The position numbers were made by a program, and so were the translations under genes. Under the pieces are notes generated by a model that was given only the letters and a program-made list of their open reading frames with translations, was not told where the DNA came from and did not search any database. DNA of 63,389 bases, filler included, from Licmophora abbreviata (taxonomy: Eukaryota): assembly GCA_900291995.1 (NCBI GenBank). It is 20 parts of 20 records of this genome, joined end to end, with 100 filler letters (N's around TTAATTAATTAA, not from the genome) between each part and the next. Parts side by side here need not be neighbours in the genome. Positions count along the whole stretch, not along the records: positions 52,722 to 53,988 come from OLMU01002908.1; positions 54,089 to 62,276 come from OLMU01002909.1; positions 62,377 to 63,389 come from OLMU01002922.1; 17 more parts are not named here. The stretch is one strand, 5' to 3'. The first letter of the stretch is position 1. Each line of letters opens with the position of its first letter. Shown piece by piece: positions 52,770-63,389 of the stretch.

Positions 52770-53608
52770 CCAAGCTGAATCCGTATGCCCCCCAAGGCTC
52801 GTGTTCCTCGTCCGATTCGTACACCGCCATGAGACCCTTTCCACCACCAGAGTAGCCTGAAATAGCGTTGATAGTTAGAGGAGTACCCTCGGGAATAATT
52901 CCTGCATCCACCAGTGGACGAGTCAATCCAATGAAACCAGTAGGGTAGCAACCAGGGTTGGCGATCCGCTTGCTCTTGGTTAGCTTTTCTCTTTGTTCCT
53001 CGTTGAGTTCTAGGTCGAGGAAAGGCATGATAATACGCAAATTGTCAGTCCAAACAACAGAAAACCAAGTCTATGCACTAGTGAATGAAACAACATACCA
53101 GGAAAGCCATAGTCCCACTCTTCGTCGATTCGGAACGCGGTAGATGCATCAATGATGACCGTCCTGTCGTTGTCGGGCTCCACCCACGAAGCAGCCTCGA
53201 TCGACGCCTCATCTGGTAAGCCTATGGTTCACAAAGGGAGAACAAAGAGAGGTGGTGATCATATGAGAACAACTTCGACAGGACAGTAGTTCGACCTTTG
53301 TGCTCTAGCAGTTGTACCTCGCTCGACCACTTACAGAGGATGACCGCGTCAGCTTCGTTGATGTACTTCTTTCGTGTCTCTTCGTCTTTTCGCAAGTCAG
53401 ATGGCGGCGAGATGATTTCAAGATCGTCACGAGCTTCGATGCGACCTCGCACCTGCAAACCCGTGGTTCCAGCCTCTCCATCGATGAAGACCTTCTTCTT
53501 GGCCTGCAACCGTGTCAACTCTTGACGAGTCGTTGATGGGCTGGTGACGACGAACGCCGTGGATGTGGCAGCTGCACTCAGCAGCAACATCAAAAGAGGT
53601 CGGCTCAT
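52770..53608 (-). CDS. argC: N-acetyl-gamma-glutamyl-phosphate reductase (type 2), plastid-targeted; introns 53222-53334 and 53010-53098; 3'-truncated
   Basis: [51 protein letters not shown]; signal peptide ending TSTA-F. Confidence 0.92.
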
Positions 53609-54188
53609 TGTATTGGAGTGGGATGATCTAAAACACAGTCTGAACAGGATCGGCAACAGTCGCTTATCGATTGGGAAATCTTTGACGTTTGTTGTGTTGG
53701 CATCATCATCGGCGCCGCGGCGACACGGATTGAGATGAGAGTGCAAAAGATCGCGAATCGCGCTCGCGTATCTTTGAATTCGACGACTCGACTCACTCGA
53801 CTTCACGGCATTCCTACATGCGTATGTTCTACACAAAATTAAGGTAGAAAATCAAAACTTGCCACCGACGAGATTGCGGACGGCTAGCAGACCGCTTGAC
53901 GCCTTTTTGTTCTGTTTCAAACGAGAATCTCATCCACCGAGACACAAGGCACACAATGACGACGAGAGTTACTCAACTTGTACTGGTCNNNNNNNNNNNN
54001 NNNNNNNNNNNNNNNNNNNNNNNNNNNNNNNNTTAATTAATTAANNNNNNNNNNNNNNNNNNNNNNNNNNNNNNNNNNNNNNNNNNNNCATGCTCGTCGC
54101 CAAGACACAAGGCACACAAGGTGACGGACGAGAGTTACTCAACTTGTACTGGTCGCCAACGGCGTTGCTCCCCGGATACACATTTAGT

Positions 54189-55295
54189 ATGCACGCCATC
54201 ATCGTTGGAGGAGGTCCAGCAGGGCTGGCGGCGTCGCTTGGTCTAGCCAAGCTAGGCTACACAGTTGAAGTGCTCGAGAAGCATCGAGACTACGCCGTTC
54301 GTGGGTCCACCCTGGGACTCCAGCGCAATGGGATCATTGCACTACTTGAGTTCTGTTCCAAAGATCAAGTAGACGCATTGATCGAAAAAGGCGTCCAGCT
54401 ACCCTCTGGTGGTGTCATGCTGCCTTGGTGGACCATCCACGGGTTTCTGCTGGACCGCGTTAAGAAACAAGATAGCATTTCTATCCACATGGGAATGACT
54501 CTAGTCTCGATTGATGACACATCAGACGCGACTTGTATCAACGTTCACTGCCAAGAGGGCGACTTTCAGGGAGATTTCTTGCTTGGTGCTGATGGGGTCC
54601 ATTCTCAGATTCGTTCCCTACTAGGTTGTGCACCCGAAAAGTCGACTGGATTCAGTGTTTGGCGAGGTGGTGCGATCGCAGACGGGCCTCCACTGACGCC
54701 GTTGTTGGACCAAGGATTCCGCCCGCTACCGTCCGAAATATATGGCGTTACGACTTTTACAGTCTTCAACCACCACCCGAAAATCCCGAATCGTCTGAAC
54801 TGGGCAGTCAGCTCCCCTGACCCCAACATTGTGCCCGGCGAGACAACTCCTTGGGATCTAGTCGAGCCCCACACCCGAGGCCACAAGCATCGAGATATCA
54901 TCCGAGCACTACTTGACAAGTCTGATGCATATGCACTCACCGACTCGATGCGCAAGTCTACAATCGAGCTCCCAGAAGTCAGTACTGGCGGTTGGGGTGG
55001 GTCAGGTCGCGTCACGCTTATCGGCGACGCGGCTCATGCGATCCGACCAGCTGCCGGACAAGGCATTTCTTTGGCCTTCGAAGATGTCGTGGTAATTTGT
55101 CGCCATCTACAAAAACGTTCACCCAAGACACGTGAGGAATGGGAGAAGACCATTTTGGGCTTCGAGAACGAACGCCTTCCTCGTGTTAAGCGCATTTCAG
55201 AGGAGCAAGAACGGATCATGACGCAGCTGTACAGCGGAAACAAGGACTACTTGTCGCCTCAAGAGTATCTTGAATGGGTCGCGAATGGAGTTTAG
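54189..55295 (+). CDS. FAD-dependent monooxygenase
   Basis: IVGGGPAGL, LGADGVHS, LIGDAAHA..P..GQG...AFED. Confidence 0.92.
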   Translation: MHAIIVGGGPAGLAASLGLAKLGYTVEVLEKHRDYAVRGSTLGLQRNGIIALLEFCSKDQVDALIEKGVQLPSGGVMLPWWTIHGFLLDRVKKQDSISIHMGMTLVSIDDTSDATCINVHCQEGDFQGDFLLGADGVHSQIRSLLGCAPEKSTGFSVWRGGAIADGPPLTPLLDQGFRPLPSEIYGVTTFTVFNHHPKIPNRLNWAVSSPDPNIVPGETTPWDLVEPHTRGHKHRDIIRALLDKSDAYALTDSMRKSTIELPEVSTGGWGGSGRVTLIGDAAHAIRPAAGQGISLAFEDVVVICRHLQKRSPKTREEWEKTILGFENERLPRVKRISEEQERIMTQLYSGNKDYLSPQEYLEWVANGV

Positions 55296-55467
55296 TTATG
55301 CTACCACCGAAGAAATGTGCAAGCAAGATAGACCCTCAAAGGCTCGGATTATCTATGTATGCGCAAACAGCCCGGCTCAAATGCGAACAACATACCCGGC
55401 GGGGACAGTGCGAGCATCTCCAACAAAGCACTTGATGGTAACGAAATTCGAATTGCGCAAAAGTAGA

Positions 55468-55854
55468 TCATACTATGACACAATGGCGGCGAAGAATCAA
55501 TTTCTTTTGTCGAAGAGTTGACAAAAGGCGGTGTGCGTCTAAATCGTCGTCTGGTGGCATTCCGTCTTCAAGGACTTGCAGAGCAGCACCGTATGCCTCT
55601 TTGGCTTCGTCCCACCTCCCCTGTTTGCTATAAACGTCCCCAATGCGATGGATCGTCCCCGCTGCTGAGGCATGGTCAAAGCGTTCTGTCGCTTCTATCT
55701 GAATCTGAAGCGAGTTGTTGAAGGCGTGGAGGGCTTTCGGAAAGTCGCCTTCCTCAAAGCTCTCGGCTCCCATCCTATCGAACCTTTCAACAAGTGACAA
55801 CCGATGCTGTCTTCGTACGCTTCGTCTCTCCTCCCGGAACCTTAAAACGAACAA
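55468..55854 (-). CDS. TPR-containing protein, last exon (upstream exons unresolved)
   Basis: AGTIHRIGDVYSKQGRWDEAKEAYGAAL TPR pattern. Confidence 0.6.
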   Translation of the reverse strand: MFVLRFREERRSVRRQHRLSLVERFDRMGAESFEEGDFPKALHAFNNSLQIQIEATERFDHASAAGTIHRIGDVYSKQGRWDEAKEAYGAALQVLEDGMPPDDDLDAHRLLSTLRQKKLILRRHCVIV

Positions 55855-56701
55855 GGGCGAAACAAGTAAGCAAGCGGCTCACAGCTCAGGTTGCAGTTAC
55901 TTGATAACTTACTGTGCAATGTCCACGTGGCTGTAGAAGAGTTCGCCAATGGAATCTTCATCCTTGCGTGGTATCTCCCAAGCCTCTGTCACGAGAGGGT
56001 TCGCAAACGTCACTGAGCTCCCCGCTTCCTGGCTGGCGCCGTCCCATCTTGGACCTGGGACATGCTCGTGTCGGTATCGGACGTCTCCGAAGCAATGGTC
56101 CTCATATCAGGGGGTCCGGTGTCGTCAACCATTGGGCCATGCGGCTCTGTATAAGGCGACCCTTCCTTTCCCCATACCAAGGATTGGTCGAAGATGGAGG
56201 CAACTAGGGCGTCCATTGCCTACTACTACACGGTTTGAACGAGCAGCCAGCTTTTGGGTTGGATCTGTGAGATAGAGCGATGCACATAAGCTTGGCAAGA
56301 TTTTGTGAGACCGAGTGGAGCCAGCGGAGTTCCAATCCCGCGAAAACGTATTTGAAATGCGGCGCGCGATAAAGTACCGCCGGTTCACCCACGACTGATG
56401 TCCGACCGGCGTGTTGAAACAGAGCTGATTGTGGGTTCCCTCTGAAGACGGTTTGACGAAAACAGACTTTTGAAGCAGGACGGGGCAAGCGAGTTGTCGG
56501 CCTACGCCACTTCTATATTGCACTGAACAAAATAAGTAACAGCGTCGTGGCGCATGGGACGATGCAGGAGGGGGCCAGCATCGTTTTTCGAAGTTGTTTT
56601 ACTGATTGTAAATTCCGAAGCTTCGGGCATCATAAAGGCATAATGTTTACCAGAAAAAATCGCAATGGCGCGAACTTGTGGTGACATAGGTTGTTCGTAT
56701 C

Positions 56702-57652
56702 TCAAAAGATTCCACGTCTTCGTCGGTGCTTGAGGACCAAGATGATCAACAGTACTCCAATTGTGGACAAGAGACACATGATGCATTTCATGGGCCGGGC
56801 GCTCTTTTGGTGTTTCTCGGCACGCTCAAGCTGCTGGATTCCAGTCTTCGTGTGCTCGACAACCGCTTCCATGTTGTAGTCAATACGATCCAAGATGGTC
56901 CCTTGATCAATGACCAAGACCGCAAGTTCCTTGAAGATGGATCCAAGTTCCTCGATACTCTGTGCAATTTTGGAGATCTCCTGATCACGTGAATGCACCG
57001 CCTCCGTCAAGTCATCCACTACATCGAGCTGTTGTGTCGTGAAGAAGTCATCCCCTTGGTCGTTCAGGTCGATACCGAATTTACTGTCCGTCGACACGAG
57101 TCCTCCGCTCTTCTGTGCCTGCACATCGGCCAAGTACTTGCGCTGCGACTGCCTAAATTCCGCCGACAGCTCCTGGAGTCGCTTTGCTAAGCTCCTCTGC
57201 ACATTGGCTCCCACCGTTGCTTCTTCTCCACCCGCACGCCGCGTAGCCGCACCCACACGCTGCAAGAGCCGTTCCGCTGTCCGAAATCGATCCGTAATTT
57301 CCCTCGTCAGTCCCTCAATCTTGTCTTCCATGCCTTCCAGATCCTTCCCAAATACACTTCCGACACGACTCGCATGCATCGACTGCAACACCTGCATCGA
57401 TCTTACGATTTCCTGAAGTTCCGCATGCACGGCATCGACATCGTCGACCCACTGAGGCGGCAGAGCTCCGAGCGAGGTCATTTGAATGCCTCCTCCGCCC
57501 TCTTCCATCCAGTGTTCTGGAGACGGGTGGCCACCCGCGACCAGCTGTTTCTTTTTCGATGGTGATCCATCCCCACCATCACTGCGAGCGCGACGCAAAT
57601 TGGCAGTCGATCGGCGCTCCAGAAAGGAGGATGTTAAATCGCGAGTTGCCAT
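56702..57652 (-). CDS. Qa-SNARE syntaxin (syntaxin-16/Tlg2 type)
   Basis: N-peptide ATRDLT..F, LPPQWVD, SNARE motif LVIDQGTILDRIDYN, C-terminal TM. Confidence 0.92.
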   Translation of the reverse strand: MATRDLTSSFLERRSTANLRRARSDGGDGSPSKKKQLVAGGHPSPEHWMEEGGGGIQMTSLGALPPQWVDDVDAVHAELQEIVRSMQVLQSMHASRVGSVFGKDLEGMEDKIEGLTREITDRFRTAERLLQRVGAATRRAGGEEATVGANVQRSLAKRLQELSAEFRQSQRKYLADVQAQKSGGLVSTDSKFGIDLNDQGDDFFTTQQLDVVDDLTEAVHSRDQEISKIAQSIEELGSIFKELAVLVIDQGTILDRIDYNMEAVVEHTKTGIQQLERAEKHQKSARPMKCIMCLLSTIGVLLIILVLKHRRRRGIF

Positions 57653-57880
57653 GGTGGAGGATGATGATGACTTTGGGTCTTGTTGTCGCCGTGTCGTGTG
57701 ATCTGTTTGCCTTTTTTGTGCGTTGCGTTTTTGGTTTTTTTGCTTTTTTGTTTAAAAATAGCAAGAGCGCGCAATCTCTCGTCGCGTCGTCAACTCCCAC
57801 TGTCGTGCTCGAGAGAGTGCATCGCCACATGCATCGGCTCTCCTTTCCTTTCAAGACATCGCAGATTTCACCGTTCCAGT

Positions 57881-58072
57881 ATGGCAGAGGCCTGGCGAGA
57901 AAGAATTGCCTGGCTGGGTCGAATGCCAACGAGATATCGATTGCTGTTTGGAGGCCAAGCTCTCATCCTCATGGTGGCACTTCGCGTGCGGCTACGAGAC
58001 ATTGAACGAGCCCGTCAACGAGAGGAACATAGAATAGCTACTGTTGCTGAGGAAGGAAAGGAATCAGAATAA
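57881..58072 (+). CDS. Small single-TM hypothetical protein (63 aa)
   Basis: ATG divergent from syntaxin; one hydrophobic segment then a charged helix. Confidence 0.45.
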   Translation: MAEAWRERIAWLGRMPTRYRLLFGGQALILMVALRVRLRDIERARQREEHRIATVAEEGKESE

Positions 58073-58240
58073 TGCGTTGTGGGAGGGCAGGAATGAAATG
58101 ATCCTGCTTTACCACAAGGCCGAACTGCCTGTGTTACTATGCCTAGAACATTACAACGTCTACACGTCGTAGACGATACTGCCCTAGCGAAGCCTCCATT
58201 GACAGAACACGCCCATCCTAACGTCCCTGAGCAGTCAGAC

Positions 58241-59136
58241 CTACGAATTCTCCTTGTCCGCTTCTTGTACCGCCTGCATGTCATAATGCGCTCCAGGCAT
58301 CCACATCTTGCCAAGCGGCTTGTTGGTTTCTTGCACACGTCGGAGCGTACTCTCCACAATCTCATTGATTTCCGATTGAACTTCTTCAATCGTCTGCGCC
58401 GCATTCACGACATGCCATGGTACTGTCTTTTCCTCCTCGTCGAGAGCCTGCAATTCTGCGAATCGTTGACGAACACGAATCTGCATGTCCTTTTTCTCGT
58501 ATCGTTCTTCGCCGTATCTATATGCAGAACATGCGTCCACGAACGAGAGGAGCGAACACCAGCATGGGGTAAGAGAAGGTGTAGATCCAGGAAGATAGGA
58601 GTAACATCCCCTTCAGAACGAACGATCACTCACCCTCCTCGCTCTTGCGCCTGCTCTTGCGTCAAATCTAGAAAAATGACAGCGTCCGGCGCCGGCAGTC
58701 CGATATCAGGACTCTTGCACCATTCCATGGACAACAGGGGGGTCTTCGGAGCCACAGGATTCTGTTTGGCCGCACTGAATGCCACACCCGAATACGCATA
58801 CCGATCGCAAACAATCGTTTCACCGCCTCGGATCAGTTTGGACGTCAAATTCGGAACGGCTTCCCAGCGATTCGAGGAAAAGAGCAAGTGAACGGCGTGA
58901 TCTTCCATCTCACTCGTGGAAGCCAAGTATCCGTTAATCAATTGACCGATAGGGGTGGTCCGATCTGGGAATCTCAATGCGGCTGCCGCCACGCCCAGAC
59001 CCAGCAAGTGCTTGAGGAGGAGTGCGCATTGGGTCGTTTTGCCGCAGCGATCGACGCCTTCCAAAACTATAAAGGCGCCGCGGCGAGGAGTCAACGCGTT
59101 CGAAGAAGAAGAAGAAGTCGGCGGTGAGACAAGCAT
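58241..59136 (-). CDS. Thymidylate kinase; intron 58518-58633
   Basis: IVLEGVDRCGKTTQ, RFPDRTT, NRWE, DRYAYSG; splicing gives RGGYGEERYE. Confidence 0.95.
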
Positions 59137-59419
59137 GATGGGAGACTGCAAGGGAGATAGGTGGCTGGACGAGTCAATGAACACGACGAAAGCAATGCGA
59201 CGATGATGATGACGACGAGAGGTCTCATCCGTTCTCTTTCCGAAAAGAATGGCGCACCACGCGCAAAAGACATCACAGAGGTGCGCGACCATGCCATTTT
59301 ACTCAGAGCCGCCCTCAGCCCTCAGCATCACATCACAGCTCGTCCTCTTCCTGTGCCCTCTCTGAGCTCTGATGATGCACATGTCAAGCGGATGCACCTT
59401 TCTACTGGACTAAAACACG

Positions 59420-60856
59420 ATGGAAGAAGTCTATATGGTTCAGCTGATTAGTCCTACGACATGCTATTCGGCAGGATTGCGATGTAAAAGATTTGCGTCG
59501 GAGTCTCACGCGTTTCTACTCGAGACGAAGCATGAGAGAAGTGACAATGGCGATGATGATGATGACGATGTCGACGTGATTTCAGGACCCCTGCCGTCTG
59601 TTTCCAGTGGAGTATCTAGCAGCGCCGATGATCTGGGTCGCGTCATTTGCGTCGGACATGATGCATGCGGCGATGGCAGGGTTCATCCTCGCTGGGAACT
59701 CTTTGCCTTGATGGAACGCAACGAAGAGAACGAGCAGCAATCCACCATTATATCACCACAGGCAGCGGAAGCCCTTGCGCCTTCCGACACAGGAGCAGTG
59801 TTAGATGTGTCATCGTCAAGTTTGCATCTGTCGGACTCAGACTTGGCGGTGTCGGACTTAGTAGTAGGCGATGAGATTGGTGCCGCTTCTTCTACGACCA
59901 TTGGGGGCACTACTACCACGGGAGACGGAAGGAGTTCAGTCGCGAGCAGCAAGGCTTGGTTGATCCTACAGCGTCTAGACGGAGTTTCTCCACATTACAG
60001 CACACAACTGTCCTTTCGACCTCTAGCACCACATATCTGCTTGTTGGCGAACCATCCGCAACAGAGTCTTGTCTTTGTCGGAAGCGCGGACGACTCAACG
60101 CTGCGATGTTATCATTCCATGGCGGGGACTAGTAGCTTGACACCCATGGCACTGCCGTCTGATCAAGACGCGTTCTTGTTTACAAGTCCCATCATGGCAC
60201 TCGACACTTTGGTGATTGACACTACTGAGGAGACTTCTCGCGTGTACTTGGCGGTGGGATGTCAGGATGGGACGATTCGTTTGCTGACGCTGGACATTAC
60301 AGAGGGCAACTTTGCCAATGTCGCCGCGCACACGGTCATTGTGGACGGTCCCATCATGTCGCTGTCCATGGATCATGACAAGAATACAAACGAGCTTCAT
60401 GTTGCCGCAGGGTCCATGTGCGGGTTCGTGTGTCGATTGTTGTGCATCAGGACCGACGATACTACCATCAGCAACAACAAGTGGAAAGGACCGTCGATGG
60501 TGAAGGACGGACTTTGGGACGCGCGTCTGGACACGGAAGATGCCGTGCTCGCGGTACATGTTCAAAATGGTCGAATCGCCGCTGGAACGCAGTCGGGCCA
60601 GTGTTTTCTATGGGAACAATCGACGACTCGTGGTCCACTATCGTCCGAAAAGGGACCGTTGCGCCTGCAGTGGCACTGTCATCTTCTCTACCCGATTCAT
60701 GGAGTGTTGCTGCAGCCATCCGAAAAGTCGCTGCTGGTGGCCACGCGGCGAACAATACATGTATTTCGCGAAATACCACAGACTCAATATTCTGCCGACA
60801 CGGCCAAACGATATTTGCTGAAGCTCTTGAAGGAACGAGGGATAGAAGCGGAATGA
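59420..60856 (+). CDS. Beta-propeller (WD40-like) hypothetical protein
   Basis: VFVGSADDSTLR, LAVGCQDGTIRL, IAAGTQSGQCFLW blade-like repeats. Confidence 0.65.
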   Translation: MEEVYMVQLISPTTCYSAGLRCKRFASESHAFLLETKHERSDNGDDDDDDVDVISGPLPSVSSGVSSSADDLGRVICVGHDACGDGRVHPRWELFALMERNEENEQQSTIISPQAAEALAPSDTGAVLDVSSSSLHLSDSDLAVSDLVVGDEIGAASSTTIGGTTTTGDGRSSVASSKAWLILQRLDGVSPHYSTQLSFRPLAPHICLLANHPQQSLVFVGSADDSTLRCYHSMAGTSSLTPMALPSDQDAFLFTSPIMALDTLVIDTTEETSRVYLAVGCQDGTIRLLTLDITEGNFANVAAHTVIVDGPIMSLSMDHDKNTNELHVAAGSMCGFVCRLLCIRTDDTTISNNKWKGPSMVKDGLWDARLDTEDAVLAVHVQNGRIAAGTQSGQCFLWEQSTTRGPLSSEKGPLRLQWHCHLLYPIHGVLLQPSEKSLLVATRRTIHVFREIPQTQYSADTAKRYLLKLLKERGIEAE

Positions 60857-60902
60857 ATCTTCCTGACTGAGAGATTGTGTTTAGTATAGAGTGTATAGAT
60901 CA

Positions 60903-61406
60903 TCAGTTGATCAGGCCCGAAGCTAGACAAAATTTCAATAACTTGTCAGTGGTTCGATAAATGCGCATCGGCTGACCCGAATGAGACGCCCTAACTACCT
61001 CCAACCACTGCTGTTTGATGACTTTCGTAGTCTTTCTGGATTTCAGTGACGCCAGGAACCTCCCAACGTCCCCGTCTTTGGACCCGTGAAACGCGAGAAA
61101 CTCTTCGCCCAGAGGAGTGATTCGAAAGCCAAAGGGGTTCCAGCCAGCCGGTAGCACTGTCCACCCTCCTCGTGGCACCACTCGCAGCGGAAATGGTAAT
61201 TCCTCGTTCGATTGTATTATCAATGAGCGCCCAGCAGCAGCAGTAGTGGCAGAAATAGCGCTACATTCCGAACAACGAAACAGTGAGAGACGATGATCCC
61301 CGCAGCGTTTTGGAAGGCATTGAATTCGGGAACAGAGGGACAGAAGGACCACCAGCAATGCTGTCCATCGCCTAGGCCGGCGTGATGCGGTGGATTGCCA
61401 AAACAT
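60903..61406 (-). CDS. Hypothetical protein with signal peptide
   Basis: Hydrophobic N-terminus; PRGG motif followed by the PAGWNPFG segment. Confidence 0.55.
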   Translation of the reverse strand: MFWQSTASRRPRRWTALLVVLLSLCSRIQCLPKRCGDHRLSLFRCSECSAISATTAAAGRSLIIQSNEELPFPLRVVPRGGWTVLPAGWNPFGFRITPLGEEFLAFHGSKDGDVGRFLASLKSRKTTKVIKQQWLEVVRASHSGQPMRIYRTTDKLLKFCLASGLIN

Positions 61407-61791
61407 TGCCTGTGAAGCCTACGATATGTTGACTGCCAATGCCGCCACACCGCCTGCGCCACACACACATGACATTTAAAAAGGCCGAGAGCGAGACGAC
61501 GAGCGGATCAAGATCTTTTATGATACGCGCGCCGAAAAAGATACTCGAGCAATCTTTGGCGGGAAGTCTAGACGATTCCGTGTAGATCCAAATTGAGTAG
61601 GAATTCATACGCATCCAAAGGAATCCACGATTTCAGATTCTAAAGATACTGCTCAGGCATCCTTCTATTCTATTTCTCTGTTTGGAAGCAACCACCATGA
61701 TGCTCACAATTCAGACTTGGCGCATCCAACCAACATTATATTGCTTGCTCTTTTTCCTTTTCCACCACAAAACCATATTACCTTCTCTTTC

Positions 61792-62276
61792 ATGACGGAA
61801 CTGGACAAAAACCTTGACGAAATCGCCGACTCCTTTCGCAGAAATGTGCAGCTCGAGGACCGAAAGTACCACCTCAAGACCTACAAGCAGTGCTTCGTTG
61901 CCAGCGAAGCAGTCGACTTCCTTGTTCGCTCGGGCATGGCAGAGACTCGAGAGGATGCCGTCCAACTAGGAAAAACGCTCTCCAGTGAGTGTCACCTCTT
62001 TGAACATGTCACTCGTGATCACGAGTTTGCAGACGACTACCTCTTCTTTCGATTCGTTGCCGCAGATCAGAGAGGAACGTTCTCCATCAACGAAGCTACC
62101 GGTGAAAACGTGACCTGGTCTGACTTTCTTGCACCTTCTGCGAGCGGCGGTGCGGCAAAGTCGCTGCAGCCGCAGCTTCCGGTCGCTGACTTTGAAGCCA
62201 TCTCCAAGCGAGACGAACACGTTGTCCAGCACGTCTGGCCGCTGGACGACTACAACACGACCTTACTCAACCATGT
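61792..62276 (+). CDS. DEP-domain protein, 3'-truncated
   Basis: DRKYHLKTYKQCFVASEAVDFL...REDAVQLG..L....FEHV...HEF.D..LFFRF is a canonical DEP domain. Confidence 0.85.
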
Positions 62277-62485
62277 NNNNNNNNNNNNNNNNNNNNNNNN
62301 NNNNNNNNNNNNNNNNNNNNTTAATTAATTAANNNNNNNNNNNNNNNNNNNNNNNNNNNNNNNNNNNNNNNNNNNNCATGTCTAGTCCACAGGTGCAGCT
62401 TCTACCTGTGTCTAGTCGCGCAGTTTTGGACTCCTCCGACCCGTGAATCTCAATCACACTTCGGCACAATCTAGACGACGAGACC

Positions 62486-63262
62486 ATGATGAACGGCAGC
62501 ACCTCTGTCTCTACCTCCACAGCGTCCTTATGGGACAGTCGCCTACTTGATCCCACACAAGCATTCAGTCTGCTAGTTCTGGCCATTATGTCAGTGCGAT
62601 ATCTAGAAGCGCATGCTTGGAATGTCAGAATGCTAATGGATGGCCTGTTTCTGAACACATACGTCGTCGGCAGCTTTGGTCTCGGCATAGCGGTGTGGTG
62701 GTACGCGGGGGGTATCCAGAAGCTCTCGACGAGAGATCGTTGTACAGCTCAGTGGTATTGGTGGAACGCTGTGTGGTTTCACATGATTTTAGATGGCTTT
62801 ACGGGGAGCCTCTGGAAGGTCCCCGTTGTACTGCACCAGTATCGCGTCTACGATCGCAGATTCAGTACAGGACACGTAGTTCCGTTTACTGTGGGGATGA
62901 TTGAATTGCTATTCATGGGACCCATGTGTCTGGTGGTCTTTTACATGATCGTCCGGAATCATCCACTCCGATATCCCTGCGAACTTTCACTCTCCAGCGT
63001 ACAACTCATGGGCATGGTGATTTTTCTTGCCGCCGAACTATACGAAGATCAAGTCAATGTGCCGGCACTCGATCCTGTCGGGGTCGTAGGTAATGCGTGG
63101 GCTAACCTCAAGCTACTGGATGCCTACCATCTTACGTATTATTGGTTTGGATTCTGGTTTTGCAATCTTGTGTGGCTTTTTGTTCCTGGGTATCGCGTGT
63201 ATCGTGCGTTGCAGGAATGCCATCAACTGTTTAGACATGACTGGAAAAAGAAAGCGGTTTAA
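62486..63262 (+). CDS. EBP/EXPERA-domain membrane protein (sterol isomerase-like)
   Basis: WFHMILDG, YRVYDRRF, IELL..GP, YWFGFWFCNLVWLFVP; C-terminal KKxx ER-retrieval motif. Confidence 0.8.
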   Translation: MMNGSTSVSTSTASLWDSRLLDPTQAFSLLVLAIMSVRYLEAHAWNVRMLMDGLFLNTYVVGSFGLGIAVWWYAGGIQKLSTRDRCTAQWYWWNAVWFHMILDGFTGSLWKVPVVLHQYRVYDRRFSTGHVVPFTVGMIELLFMGPMCLVVFYMIVRNHPLRYPCELSLSSVQLMGMVIFLAAELYEDQVNVPALDPVGVVGNAWANLKLLDAYHLTYYWFGFWFCNLVWLFVPGYRVYRALQECHQLFRHDWKKKAV

Positions 63263-63389
63263 GAAACTTTTTATGTACGGAGTTGAAAGGATTAAACTAG
63301 TTCTAAATCGCGGTGGTACTGCTATCAACACCGCCGGGATTCCCTCCTTGTCGGCGTCCTGGTATTCTCACTGCAATCCAGGAGAGTAA

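Noticed and set aside
43711..59136. thyX plus thymidylate kinase as a linked nucleotide-metabolism or phage-like module
   Set aside because: The genes belong to different organisms (bacterial contig versus intron-containing eukaryotic contig).
59100..59575. (GAA)n and (GAT)n microsatellite-like runs
   Set aside because: Low-complexity poly-Ser and poly-Asp coding or UTR tracts, ordinary for such eukaryotic genes.
4372..62376. Recurrent TTAATTAATTAA flanked by N runs (19 copies) as a biological repeat or CRISPR array
   Set aside because: Identical 100-nt artificial linkers that cut through genes such as accC, pgk and RPL3.
44690..63389. Eukaryotic genes as horizontal transfer into the bacterium
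   Set aside because: Spliceosomal introns, and the junction is an artificial linker.
1..63389. tRNA, rRNA genes, IS transposases, integrases
   Set aside because: None recognised by eye; tRNAscan-SE, barrnap and ISEScan runs would be needed to exclude them formally.

Overview
This window is a chimeric assembly stretch: 20 sequence blocks joined by 19 artificial 100-nt linkers (N44-TTAATTAATTAA-N44). Bases 1-44589 are GC-rich alphaproteobacterial DNA, most consistent with Rhodobacteraceae/Roseobacter group. They hold mostly housekeeping genes: a Liv-type ABC transporter plus acs, queC with a preQ1-I riboswitch, accBC, aat, mlaD, clpPX, cyclophilins, pgk, fba, Puu-like genes, phaR-phaP-phaC-phaZ, thrS, a bufferin-type MNIO RiPP cluster, cspA and thyX. 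Bases 44690-63389 are intron-containing eukaryotic DNA that looks like a diatom (RPL3, MATE, plastid-targeted ArgC, syntaxin, thymidylate kinase, EBP). The standout is a lone, AT-rich 547-aa reverse transcriptase (41839-43482, minus) of the Abi/DRT-like anti-phage type, inserted between thyX and a DUF2177-like gene. It has a non-canonical NIDD catalytic motif, an acidic Tyr-terminated tail and a ~150-nt multi-hairpin element directly upstream. All calls come from motif recognition by eye; no database searches were run.
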